A stretch of DNA of 64,000 nucleotides, from positions 1 to 64,000 of the IMG/VR virus record IMGVR_UViG_2869891414_000007; one strand, written 5' to 3'. Position 1 is the first letter of the stretch; each line of letters begins with the position of its first letter. This document shows positions 8,508 to 17,562 of the stretch, in pieces. A program made the translations under genes and the position numbers. The stretch is from a virus (Duplodnaviria > Caudoviricetes). Below the pieces are notes generated by a model. It was not told the origin of the DNA. It was given only the letters and a program-made list of their open reading frames with translations, and did not search any database.

Positions 8508-10789
8508 GCACCTCTATTCGTGGTCGTGTTGCCCCAACTCCGCCGTTGCCTTATCCGGGCAGCGGCGCTGCTGTTCCTGCCTATACCTACCCCGGCAGCA
8601 AACCGCGCGAAACCCTGCCCGGCATTCAAAGACCGCTTACCCGTGAACAACTGATTCAGGGGCAAGCCGTTTTAGCCAATATCCATAATCTGCCTCACTT
8701 CCTGCGTAGCCAGTTTATTTCTCGCTATGAATACCTGTTAGCCAATAAAGGGCTAAACGACGCTAATAAATGGCTGGTGTTTGTTTTTGACCAGCGTATC
8801 TGGCCGCGTATTCAGGTGGTCAATAGTAAAAATGTTATGCGCCTCAGTGCGTCAATGAGCTTTTCCACTGATGCCCCAACCTATGCCAGCCTCGCGGGTA
8901 TGCATGATAAAGAGCTGCGCCGCTTTGCCCGCAAAATCGGTGATGAGCTAATGGTGGCGTACAACCATCATTGTGATGAATGCATTAAGGCTAATCAGGG
9001 TGACAGGGCCGTTTTATTGCAGGCCGATACACAGGTACGGATATTCGGCGATCTTGCCAGAATGGCGCGCGCTTTTAATATCACCCCGATGCACTGGCGC
9101 AAATACCTGAAAGGCCGGTTAGATATCACGTCTGCTATCGCCAGCCTGTCACGGCTGGTTAATCCTGAATGGTGGGAGCGCAAACTCAAAGCACAGCGCA
9201 CCCGCTGGCGGGAAGCGTTATTGATTGCTGTCGGTAATGTCAGCCGTGATATGTCGGCCTCTTCTTATGCCAGTAAGCAGGCCATCCGTGAAGTGTTCGC
9301 CCGTCGCCAGTCTAATTTGGAATACCTCAAAAGCTGCCAGTTAGAAAACATTGAAACCGGTGAGCGTATCGACCTGATTGATAAAGTCATGGCAAGTATT
9401 TCCAATCCAGAAATTCGCCGTATGGAGTTAATGAGCACCATCGCCGGTATCGAAAAATATGCAGCTTCACAGAAGCACGTCGGCATGTTCCTGACCATCA
9501 CCACCCCGTCAAAATATCACCCGACCCGCCTTATCGGTAAAGGGGATAGCACAAAAATCCAGCTTAACCATAAGTGGGACGATGAAGCCTATTCCCCAAA
9601 AGACGGTCAGCAATATCTCTGTAACATTTGGAGCAAAATGCGCACCGCCTTTAAAGACAATAAATTAAGCGTCTACGGGATGCGGGTCGTTGAGCCGCAC
9701 CACGACGGCACCCCGCACTGGCACATGATGCTGTTTTGCGAGCGTCGCCAGCGCCAACAGATTATCAACATCATGCGCCGCTATGCGTTGAAAGAAGACA
9801 GTGACGAGCGCGGAGCCGCTAAATACCGCTTTGAATGCAAGCACCTGAACAAAGGCGGGGCCGCTGGCTACATTGCTAAATACATTGCCAAGAATATCGA
9901 CGGCTATGCGCTTGAGGGGGAACGCGACCATGAAACCGGTGAGTTGCTAACCGATTCTGCGGCGGCGGTTACAGCATGGGCGGCAACGTGGCGCATCCCT
10001 CAGTTTCGCCCAATGGGTATTCCCTCCATGGGAGCCTATCGCGAGTGCCGTAGTCACACCTTGCGTGGTATCAGCTTGGCCGAAAGTTTTGATGAGAGCG
10101 TCGAAGCTGTTCGCGCCGCCGCCGATACCGGTGATTTTGCCGCTTATATCGCTGCGCAGGGTGGAACCAATAGCGGCAATCAGACTGTGCGTGTAGCCAA
10201 ACGCATTGCCGATGAGCTGAACGCCTACGATGAGGAAGTGATGAAAGTCGTGGGTATCTATGCCCCTCACTTGGGCGCTGAGCATGTTCATGAAACCCGT
10301 ACAACCCAATGGCGCATCGTTTCTGGTGCCGTTGACGTTGAGCCTTTGACTTTGAAAAGCGCCTCTGGCGCGCCTCGGAGTCCTGTCAATAACTGTGGGT
10401 TAGGTGGAAACACCCAAGCGCCAAATGACCCCAACGGGCAGGATAAAACGCCTGTGGCGGTGATGGAATACCCACCGGACGCCGTTATTGACTGGTCGGA
10501 CACTGCCGCCGTGAGGGCGATTGTGGCCCGCGTTAAAGAGAAACAGCCAACGATAAGCAAGATGCAACGCAGTTATGACCCCACCAAGGGCCGACTTATT
10601 GCGCCATCGGCCCGTTTAACCCGCGAAGAACGCCAGCGTATCCCCCAAATCCGCCATGATTTACTGCTGAAAGATATCAGCGCCCAACGCTGGGAGCTGG
10701 AATCGTTAGCCCGTGGGGCAAAAATGGCTGTTGGTGATGCGGTGATCCATTACCCGGCACTGTCCGACTGGCCGGAATTCGATAATTAA
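8504..10789 (+). CDS. A: P2 rolling-circle replication initiator gpA
   Basis: 761 aa; EPHHDGTPHWH (HUH) and YIAKYIAKNI two-Tyr motif. Confidence 0.95.
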   Translation: MSTSIRGRVAPTPPLPYPGSGAAVPAYTYPGSKPRETLPGIQRPLTREQLIQGQAVLANIHNLPHFLRSQFISRYEYLLANKGLNDANKWLVFVFDQRIWPRIQVVNSKNVMRLSASMSFSTDAPTYASLAGMHDKELRRFARKIGDELMVAYNHHCDECIKANQGDRAVLLQADTQVRIFGDLARMARAFNITPMHWRKYLKGRLDITSAIASLSRLVNPEWWERKLKAQRTRWREALLIAVGNVSRDMSASSYASKQAIREVFARRQSNLEYLKSCQLENIETGERIDLIDKVMASISNPEIRRMELMSTIAGIEKYAASQKHVGMFLTITTPSKYHPTRLIGKGDSTKIQLNHKWDDEAYSPKDGQQYLCNIWSKMRTAFKDNKLSVYGMRVVEPHHDGTPHWHMMLFCERRQRQQIINIMRRYALKEDSDERGAAKYRFECKHLNKGGAAGYIAKYIAKNIDGYALEGERDHETGELLTDSAAAVTAWAATWRIPQFRPMGIPSMGAYRECRSHTLRGISLAESFDESVEAVRAAADTGDFAAYIAAQGGTNSGNQTVRVAKRIADELNAYDEEVMKVVGIYAPHLGAEHVHETRTTQWRIVSGAVDVEPLTLKSASGAPRSPVNNCGLGGNTQAPNDPNGQDKTPVAVMEYPPDAVIDWSDTAAVRAIVARVKEKQPTISKMQRSYDPTKGRLIAPSARLTREERQRIPQIRHDLLLKDISAQRWELESLARGAKMAVGDAVIHYPALSDWPEFDN
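10370..10396 (+). other. P2 replication origin (gpA nick site)
   Basis: GCGCCTCGGAGTCCTGTCAATAACTGT inside gene A, matching the P2 ori as recalled. Confidence 0.8.
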
Positions 10790-10808
10790 TCTACCTGAGA
10801 GAAAAACC

Positions 10809-11072
10809 ATGACTAAAACCGCTGCAACGACTCGCAAACAAGCACAGCGCCAGCGTGATAAATCTGCTGGTATCAATGAAATTCGCGCTCGGCTTGAACC
10901 AGAAGAATACGCCATGCTGACCGAGGGCATGGCCGCCCGGCGTCTGTTCCGGCCAGCTTACGATTTACCGGAATATATCGCGCTGCTGATTCGGCAAGAT
11001 AACCAGCGACTAAGAGATCGGTTGGCCGAACTGGGTATCTTCAAATTCATCAATATCTACGGAATACACTGA
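10809..11072 (+). CDS. P2-family protein downstream of A, possibly 3'-truncated
   Basis: MTKTAATTRKQAQRQRD...EYIALLIRQD; last codons run into AT-rich cargo. Confidence 0.5.
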   Translation: MTKTAATTRKQAQRQRDKSAGINEIRARLEPEEYAMLTEGMAARRLFRPAYDLPEYIALLIRQDNQRLRDRLAELGIFKFINIYGIH

Positions 11073-11245
11073 TAATTCTTCGACTTAACTACATTTATGT
11101 TCCCATTGATTAATAAGACTAAACAGACGGTGTATATGGCGGAAACCCTACACACGGACGGGCTTCTGCGATTGACTGTCGGGGGAACTATGCAGTTTTT
11201 TGTGCTGGGGTTGAGTTGGAGTATGTGTGTGACTTTGGCCTCATA

Positions 11246-12208
11246 CTATGGGGGGGTATTTCTGTTCAGAGCTAAGGCCGATATCACTTGTAGTTCTGCA
11301 GGTTTCCGATCTGAGGGTGATATATATCTATCGTCCTCTATCAATAACTCCTCCCATGCCTCGGCTATTTCATAAGTATAATCAATACCACCGAAAGTAA
11401 AAGCACACTTCCTATTTAATTTATAAGTAACAGCATTTTTATAACTGGCAGACTCGCCTCCTACCATTAATGCTGATTGAAATATACTCAATAATAGTTT
11501 GATTTTTTCTTGACGTTTATAATTGTGTAATCGATTTAATAGTCCATCATTGTTTGATACATGTTTTTTATTTATATCATCAAAGTATTTTATGCCATTT
11601 TTTCTTAGTTTAACTATCTCGACAAGAAATTTTAAATGTTTTTCATTATGATTATACAAAGGTGTTAAACTGTAGTAGCCAGTAAGCATCCATATCAACA
11701 CGAGAATAGCAATAGCTGCTTTCCAGCCAAAATCAAGTGCGTTATAATCAAAAGTTGAAGTTGAAGTTGAAGTTGAAGTTGAAGTTGAAGTTGAAGTTGA
11801 AGTTGAAGTTGAAGTTGAAGTTGAATTTAAATGTTTTAAAAACAAAATTAAGCTAGTTACCAGCACCGTGAAAATGGGAACGGCTGTTGTGGCAGTATTG
11901 GTATATGTATTTTCTTGAGTGATATTGTATCCTTTATAAAAATCTAAGACAGGAAAAGATAATATTGTTATCTTGGCATGAAGTTTTTCTACCAATTTTT
12001 TTGCGTCCTCATTTGCTGATGCACAGCTATTTAATTTAATGAATGCCATCTCTGAGTAACTTAGATACGTTGAGAATTCTTCTAAATCCCTTTCAGATAA
12101 TGAATTTACAAAATTAACTGCATTGTCAAAAAAAACAGAGTCCATGCTTCGGGACATCGTTTTAAGTGTGTTGTGGTTCACAGTTAGTGTATATCGGTTA
12201 TCTGTCAT
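11246..12208 (-). CDS. Cargo membrane protein with two TM helices and a Ser-Thr repeat loop
   Basis: AT-rich 320-aa ORF in the A-to-cos accessory slot; hydrophobic segments flank (ST)12. Confidence 0.65.
   Translation of the reverse strand: MTDNRYTLTVNHNTLKTMSRSMDSVFFDNAVNFVNSLSERDLEEFSTYLSYSEMAFIKLNSCASANEDAKKLVEKLHAKITILSFPVLDFYKGYNITQENTYTNTATTAVPIFTVLVTSLILFLKHLNSTSTSTSTSTSTSTSTSTSTSTSTFDYNALDFGWKAAIAILVLIWMLTGYYSLTPLYNHNEKHLKFLVEIVKLRKNGIKYFDDINKKHVSNNDGLLNRLHNYKRQEKIKLLLSIFQSALMVGGESASYKNAVTYKLNRKCAFTFGGIDYTYEIAEAWEELLIEDDRYISPSDRKPAELQVISALALNRNTPP
11752..11823. repeat. Hexanucleotide VNTR (AAGTTG)x12
   Basis: 12 perfect copies counted; in frame, encodes Ser-Thr on the minus strand. 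Confidence 0.95.
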
Positions 12209-12368
12209 AGTATTGTCCTTTCATTATGGATGAAAATAGTAATAATCTGCTACGCCATGGGCTCTCTGTTCCCCGATAACGCAGACTACCTCTCTATGTA
12301 TACAAATGAGAGTATTCAAAATACAACCCATATTTTACGTAATTCAAAACAGTTGCAGTAACCAATTT

Positions 12369-12670
12369 GGGGTTGTAAGCCGGAACCCGCCAAAATTTTG
12401 TGAGGCCGTTTACAGAGAACAGATGAATAGTTGGTGATACCACTGCTGGCAAGGCTTTCCACTCTGTGATTGTTATGAGTCACCAAGAATGAGAAACCAA
12501 GATAGATAGGGGGGCATTATTGAGAATTAAACCGGAACCACTCAAATGATACGGTGAATGTAGGCTCTCAGCCTATTTTTATATGGTATCGGCCTGTCCG
12601 ATAAGCCACCCTTTTACGGACAGATAAAATCTCGGCGGCAACTCTTCGAACGGTTCCAGCTTACAACCCC
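12369..12670. mobile_element. 302-bp non-autonomous element with Tn3-like GGGG-initiated inverted repeats (MITE-like)
   Basis: GGGGTTGTAAGCCGGAACC ... GGTTCCAGCTTACAACCCC (19 bp, 1 mismatch); no long ORF inside; flanks AATTT and AAAAT are not a perfect TSD. Confidence 0.5.
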
Positions 12671-12710
12671 AAAATAGTTTTAACGTGGGTTCCGACGGAT
12701 GGCCAAATTT

Positions 12711-12803
12711 GGCCGGAACAAATCGGAATTAGCGGTCGAATTAAATCGGAAAATGCGATCGGATTACATCGGAATCAATGGCCGGTTTGGGTCGGAATGC
12801 GCA
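12711..12803. repeat. Four degenerate 23-bp tandem repeats ending in TGCGCA, resembling an IS21-family end
   Basis: YCGGA half-sites alternating 10 and 13 bp apart; minus strand begins TGCGCATTCCGA. Confidence 0.55.
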
Positions 12804-12860
12804 TTACTCAAGTAAAACCATATATTTATATAGAAGTTTTCTTAAAAAGTGCATAGTATG

Positions 12861-12876
12861 CTGTATATAAACACAG
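12861..12876. promoter_or_regulatory. LexA box upstream of tum
   Basis: CTGTATATAAACACAG. Confidence 0.85.
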
Positions 12877-12903
12877 TATGCGTAAGTGCTGGGAGATTGT
12901 TAG

Positions 12904-13089
12904 GTGATGGATTTAGATGGGCTAGTTTTGCTTGAACGGATAGACCTCATAGCTAGAATGTCAGCCGGTGATGAGATGAAAAATAGAGATCGTGAAGTGG
13001 CGTTGGCGTGGATTGCTGAATTAGCAATGGCAGCTAAAAATATCTATTTAGACGGGGCAGGAGAGTCCGGTTTACATTCGTTGCGCTGA
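12904..13089 (+). CDS. tum: Tum-like SOS-inducible antirepressor, N-terminal domain only
   Basis: LERIDLIAR...DREVALAWIAELA resembles the 186 Tum N-terminus; LexA box upstream. Confidence 0.75.
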   Translation: MMDLDGLVLLERIDLIARMSAGDEMKNRDREVALAWIAELAMAAKNIYLDGAGESGLHSLR

Positions 13090-13223
13090 CTTTTAGCACT
13101 GCATGCATATAGTGCATGATTTTGCATGATGAACCTGAGCCAGAAACTCCCCCTTAGCACCAGTCCCGGCGCGGTTCTCTATACCTCATGCAAGTGCATG
13201 AAAAGCGACCTGCAAAGCGCGCA

Positions 13224-13242
13224 GGCGTGGCGGGGATAGCAT
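13224..13242 (+). other. P2-type cos site, 19-nt cohesive end
   Basis: GGCGTGGCGGGGATAGCAT versus P2 GGCGAGGCGGGGAAAGCAC; located next to the Q end. Confidence 0.85.
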
Positions 13243-13405
13243 TGCGCGCAAAGGGTTCTGATACCCTTATTTATCGATCTTGGGCGGGCCGTGGTGCTGC
13301 GTTCGGTTGGGTTGGGAATCAATGCGTGTTCATGAGGTGTGAGGGCGTGACGGGCGTCTGGTGGCGTATGGCGCGAGGTGTTGGAATTGCTACTTTTCGG
13401 GCATG

Positions 13406-13429
13406 AAAAAGCCGCCCGGTTCGGCGGCT
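13406..13429 (-). terminator. Terminator of the P-Q transcript
   Basis: AGCCGCC-CGGTTC-GGCGGCT hairpin plus A-tract. Confidence 0.65.
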
Positions 13430-13453
13430 ATGATATTCAAAAATATCAATTAA

Positions 13454-13732
13454 CTATTTGCAAACTTGAAACGCTGCCAGCTTGTTTTCATCTGTATACA
13501 GTGCAGCGACAAAGCCATCTGTAACCAGTGAGTTGATAACGCCAAGCGCGCCAGTCATGTATTTGTCTTTAGACATACCACACATCACCTCAGAGTCATG
13601 GGCTAACGTTGCGTTACACTCTATTCGATGCGATACCAGCGCAGTAATACAATCCGGGTCAAGTGACAACGCTTGATTAAGAATATCAACAGCCAGTTGC
13701 GCTGTGATTTTGTGGTTAGTTTGAGTTTCCAT
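13454..13732 (-). CDS. Hypothetical protein downstream of portal, about 92 aa
   Basis: AGGA RBS before ATG 13732; the track ORF extends upstream to 13843. Confidence 0.5.
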   Translation of the reverse strand: METQTNHKITAQLAVDILNQALSLDPDCITALVSHRIECNATLAHDSEVMCGMSKDKYMTGALGVINSLVTDGFVAALYTDENKLAAFQVCK

Positions 13733-13844
13733 AATTATTCCTTTTTTCGTTTTGTATTTTTGCGGTGGTTGAGGCGGTGGCGCGGGTCTCTTAACAATAT
13801 CGCCGGGGTTATATGGCGGTGGTGTTGGCGCTTTGCATCCCATA

Positions 13845-14882
13845 TTAATCCTCGCTTATCAGCTCATAAGGCTTGAACCGGATCACCTCTTCCCCTATCC
13901 AGTCATTCACCTCTTTCAATCGTTCTTGCAGCGGCGTTAACTCATTACGGACAAACACTTGTGAGGCTTTCGCCACGTCACCGAAACCGCCGGTATTGTT
14001 GGGAATAATCCCCATCATCTGCGGCGGCACCCGGTGAACACTAAGCAGGTCGTCGCGGGTGGCGTTCTTGATATTAAAAAAATCATCTTTGGTGGCGACT
14101 TCGCTCAACGGTAAAATCTGGATACCGTCTTTTTTGCCATTAGGTGCGTACATAAACAGGTTGCGGAAATTGCCTAACCCTTTGGTGTCGCGCATCGCTT
14201 TACGCATTGCCTCAATATCGCTGCTACTTTGCGCCGCATCCGTCATATACAAGATGTATCCCGCGTGAGCGCCATTCTGATAATACTTGCGGCGGAATAG
14301 CGTAGCCGCTTCATTGAGCCAAGCCGAATTTAAGCCACTGAGATATTCCGGCAGGCCGTAAAGCTCCTGATTGATATCCGGTTCTATCAGGTGGAAAATG
14401 CTACCAGCTTCAAACAGGTGTTCATTTTTCCAGTTCTGCACAAACCAATAGCAATCTTTTTCTAATCCACGGCGGGTGTACTTGGCCGGGCTGGGGTCGA
14501 GGCGCAGTGGCGCGCCAAGTTGATTGCGGCGAACCTCTAAAAACGCATTGCCAAACACCAGATAATCCAGTGCATAGCGGCTAAATGATTGCTGACTGAG
14601 CATCGAATGTGGAATAAAGGTACTCGCCAGAATATTGCGCTTCACATACAGCGGTGAGCTGTGATGCACCGCCGCCCGGAAGCTGCGCGCCAGTCCGTCA
14701 AAACTAATCGGCGGGTCATACCATTTTCCGTTGCCGGTGCATTCGATGTAATCCAGTATTTCCCGCTTGTCGAGCACGGCGGAAGGTTCGCCAAAGGTGA
14801 ACGCCTCCACCGGCTGCTGTTGACTGGCGGTGTGATTAGTTACCGGGCGACTTAATGCCTTGCGGCCTTTGCGCTTACTCAT
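13845..14882 (-). CDS. Q: Portal protein gpQ
   Basis: MSKRKGRK...EAFTFGEP, HHSSP, YGLPEY, HRVPPQ motifs. Confidence 0.95.
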   Translation of the reverse strand: MSKRKGRKALSRPVTNHTASQQQPVEAFTFGEPSAVLDKREILDYIECTGNGKWYDPPISFDGLARSFRAAVHHSSPLYVKRNILASTFIPHSMLSQQSFSRYALDYLVFGNAFLEVRRNQLGAPLRLDPSPAKYTRRGLEKDCYWFVQNWKNEHLFEAGSIFHLIEPDINQELYGLPEYLSGLNSAWLNEAATLFRRKYYQNGAHAGYILYMTDAAQSSSDIEAMRKAMRDTKGLGNFRNLFMYAPNGKKDGIQILPLSEVATKDDFFNIKNATRDDLLSVHRVPPQMMGIIPNNTGGFGDVAKASQVFVRNELTPLQERLKEVNDWIGEEVIRFKPYELISED

Positions 14883-15643
14883 TTCACTTCCTCTGCATTG
14901 TTTGCCGCTTGTGACCAGTCGCACAAATATAAGAGCCTAAAATCATCCGCTGTCATGTGATTTTCCAGCCAATCTTTACGCCAGTCTTTTTCCCATAACG
15001 TGCAGCCTTGCTGAATGGCATCATCCGCCGTAACCGATTGGCGAAATACACCATCAGCACAAAAAACGCCGTTATCGGTGTGTATCACCGGTGCGACTTT
15101 TCGTGGGCGGCGCAGTGAGCCATTCCAAATCTTGAACGTGGTATGTGAGCGGGAGGGCGTGGTGTAGAGTGTTAAGCGATGATTTTTGTGCATTGCCATC
15201 CCCTTAGCCATGTGCAGTACTGAACGTGGGTTTTTAGCCCATGCATATTCACCCAGGTACACATTCCCGGCGTGAGCAGCGGCGTGACTGTTTTCACCGT
15301 GAAAGGCGATAAGCGCGCCATTATCTAACAGCATGTTACTCGGCGAGGATGGGTTCACGTTCACCCCAACGACCCGGCAAAACTCGGCAATATAGGCGCG
15401 AGTATTCAGGGCGCTTGGTCTGGTGCAGGTTACAAAATGCTGATTGCGGCCGCTGGTGATGGCATCCAGCAACGCTTCAAAAGCAAAAAGCCAGTCGGCC
15501 CCAATCTGACGCGACTTGGTGATATTTCGGGCTACGCCGGTCTGCCCCACCCGATACCACGTCTTTTGATAGTCAAAGGCCGAGTTTTCGAAATGTTCGC
15601 GCAGGCCGTCAACTTGACCAGCAGTAAAAATCATTGATTTCAT
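14879..15643 (-). CDS. Degenerate terminase ATPase-domain paralog
   Basis: Aligns by eye to the central part of gpP: KSRQIGA retained, Walker B LDE changed to LGE. Confidence 0.75.
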   Translation of the reverse strand: MKSMIFTAGQVDGLREHFENSAFDYQKTWYRVGQTGVARNITKSRQIGADWLFAFEALLDAITSGRNQHFVTCTRPSALNTRAYIAEFCRVVGVNVNPSSPSNMLLDNGALIAFHGENSHAAAHAGNVYLGEYAWAKNPRSVLHMAKGMAMHKNHRLTLYTTPSRSHTTFKIWNGSLRRPRKVAPVIHTDNGVFCADGVFRQSVTADDAIQQGCTLWEKDWRKDWLENHMTADDFRLLYLCDWSQAANNAEEVK

Positions 15644-17412
15644 CCGTAAAACTCCAAGAAATTAGGGCTGTGACCGCCATATGTCGCGGTAAGGGGTTCA
15701 TTTAACAGGGCGTGCATAATCGCCCACGCCACATCGGCGTGGCTGGCTTCTTCGCTGCGGCTGGCAACATAAGTCGAACTCTTGCCGCTGGCGGTCATGG
15801 TTTTGCGAATGGCCATAAATGACTGGGTGATATCGGTGTGGCCAGTGTCATATTCCAGACGGCCGTTATTAATGGTGTGTTTGGCTTTCAGCACCATGGC
15901 GGTTTTGATTTCAGGGGTGTATTTGATTTCCCTTGCCGCCGGAAAGAACTGGCGCACCAACTGGAAAACGCCTTGGCCGACGGTAGTCGCATCAATACCG
16001 ATATATTCCACACAATACTTATGCGTCAGCTCTTCGATATGTTTGGCCTGCGCTTCAAAATCCATCCCTTTCCACTGGTGGCGCTCCAATACTCGGAACT
16101 TGCCGCCCGGCACCATCGGCGGGGCAATCACCGCACACCCGGCACTGTCGCCGCCGTTGGCCTCGGACGGGTCGTAACCAATCCATACCGGGCGATGTCC
16201 AAACGGGCGCAACGAATAGGGGTTGTAGTCTTCCCACTCTTCCAGACTGTCGACCATGCAAGCCTGCAACTCTGCGAACGGGAACACTGACGCCTGGTCA
16301 TCGACAAACTCGCACATCAACAGGTTTTGATATTCTGACGGGCCGTATTCCAGTGAGAGCTGGTTGAGGTCAAACAGGTTACAGCCGCCCGCCAGTGCAT
16401 CTTCAACCGTGACAATCTGCCGCCACTGACCATCAGCACACAGCGCACCACGGGCTAAATGGCTGTGGCTTAAATCCAGTTGAATATGGTCGGATTTATT
16501 GCGGCGGCCTTTATTGAACAACTCACCAGACCAGAACGGATAGGCGCTGTGCGCCAGACTCGACGGCGTGGAGAAATAGGTGGTACGCCATTTTTTGTGT
16601 AATGACATGCCGCTGGCGACTTTGCGCAGCTCCTGAAACTTGGGTATCCAGAAATATTCGTCAAGATAGAGATTGCCGGTGTAGCTCTGTGCGGTGCGCA
16701 CGTTAGTGCCGAGGAAGAACAGGCGCGCGCCATTCGGCAGCACCATCGGGTCGCCTTTCAGGTCAACGTCAACCATGCGGGCAAAGTCGATAATGTAGCT
16801 TTTGAACACATGTGCCTGTGCCTTACTGGCGGACAGGAATATCTGGTTACGTCCCGTGGTGATGGCATCCAGCAGCGCTTCGCGGGCAAAGAAGAAGGTG
16901 GCACCAATCTGGCGCGATTTCAGGATGTTGCGGATGCGGTGAGTGAGTCCGGCCTCAAACCAGTTGCGCTGATAATCAAAGATATTTTCGTGAAAAATAG
17001 ACTCCAGCTTTTCAATAGCGGATTCACCGAACAGGTTTTTATCCGGGGTCTTGCGCTCCCCTTTGTTGCGGTTCGCTACGTTCGGATTTAAATCAGCTTC
17101 GCTGCCGGTCTGGCTGTAGCGGTTCACCCGCGCCAGCCGTTCAATCTGGCGGCCTAACAGGTCAATCTCTTTAAAGTCCCGCCCCTCTTTGGCGTCTTTC
17201 ATGATGAGCTGAATCAACCGCGCTTCCATGCTGGTTTCCACGCGGGAAATGGGCGCAATCGCATCCCACCCATCGCGCTTCTTCCAGCTCTGCACAGTCG
17301 GCGATTTCAGGGCTAGCTGGTCTGCGATTTGGCGCACAGAGAAGCCCTGCCAGTAAAGCAAGGCCGCCTGTCGCCGTGGGTCGCTGATGATGGTGCTCGG
17401 TGTCGTATTCAT
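15640..17412 (-). CDS. P: Terminase ATPase subunit gpP
   Basis: LYWQG...KSRQIGAT, NLYLDEYFW, IGYDPS motifs. Confidence 0.95.
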   Translation of the reverse strand: MNTTPSTIISDPRRQAALLYWQGFSVRQIADQLALKSPTVQSWKKRDGWDAIAPISRVETSMEARLIQLIMKDAKEGRDFKEIDLLGRQIERLARVNRYSQTGSEADLNPNVANRNKGERKTPDKNLFGESAIEKLESIFHENIFDYQRNWFEAGLTHRIRNILKSRQIGATFFFAREALLDAITTGRNQIFLSASKAQAHVFKSYIIDFARMVDVDLKGDPMVLPNGARLFFLGTNVRTAQSYTGNLYLDEYFWIPKFQELRKVASGMSLHKKWRTTYFSTPSSLAHSAYPFWSGELFNKGRRNKSDHIQLDLSHSHLARGALCADGQWRQIVTVEDALAGGCNLFDLNQLSLEYGPSEYQNLLMCEFVDDQASVFPFAELQACMVDSLEEWEDYNPYSLRPFGHRPVWIGYDPSEANGGDSAGCAVIAPPMVPGGKFRVLERHQWKGMDFEAQAKHIEELTHKYCVEYIGIDATTVGQGVFQLVRQFFPAAREIKYTPEIKTAMVLKAKHTINNGRLEYDTGHTDITQSFMAIRKTMTASGKSSTYVASRSEEASHADVAWAIMHALLNEPLTATYGGHSPNFLEFYG

Positions 17413-17459
17413 GCCATTAGGCTACGCGACCAGCCCGACCCTCTGCGCGTCCTCGCTGT

Positions 17460-17477
17460 TGTGCCAGCCCCGTCACA
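17460..17477. promoter_or_regulatory. Ogr-type activator box at the divergent P/O late promoters
   Basis: TGT-N12-ACA. Confidence 0.7.
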
Positions 17478-17562
17478 ACTGGCTTTCGTTGTTGCCATCG
17501 CCATCCATCAGGAAACTAAGCCCCGAACCGAACAACCATAATCACATTGAATGGAGCCACTT

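Noticed and set aside
11097-11375. 92-aa plus-strand ORF
   Set aside because: Overlaps the 3' end of the 320-aa cargo gene on the other strand and has no recognisable features
12366-12673. Possible ncRNA for the retron RT
   Set aside because: About 11 kb from the RT and on the other strand; the RT has its own adjacent structured leader
12711-12803. Possible CRISPR array
   Set aside because: Repeats are contiguous and degenerate with no spacers, and no cas genes are present
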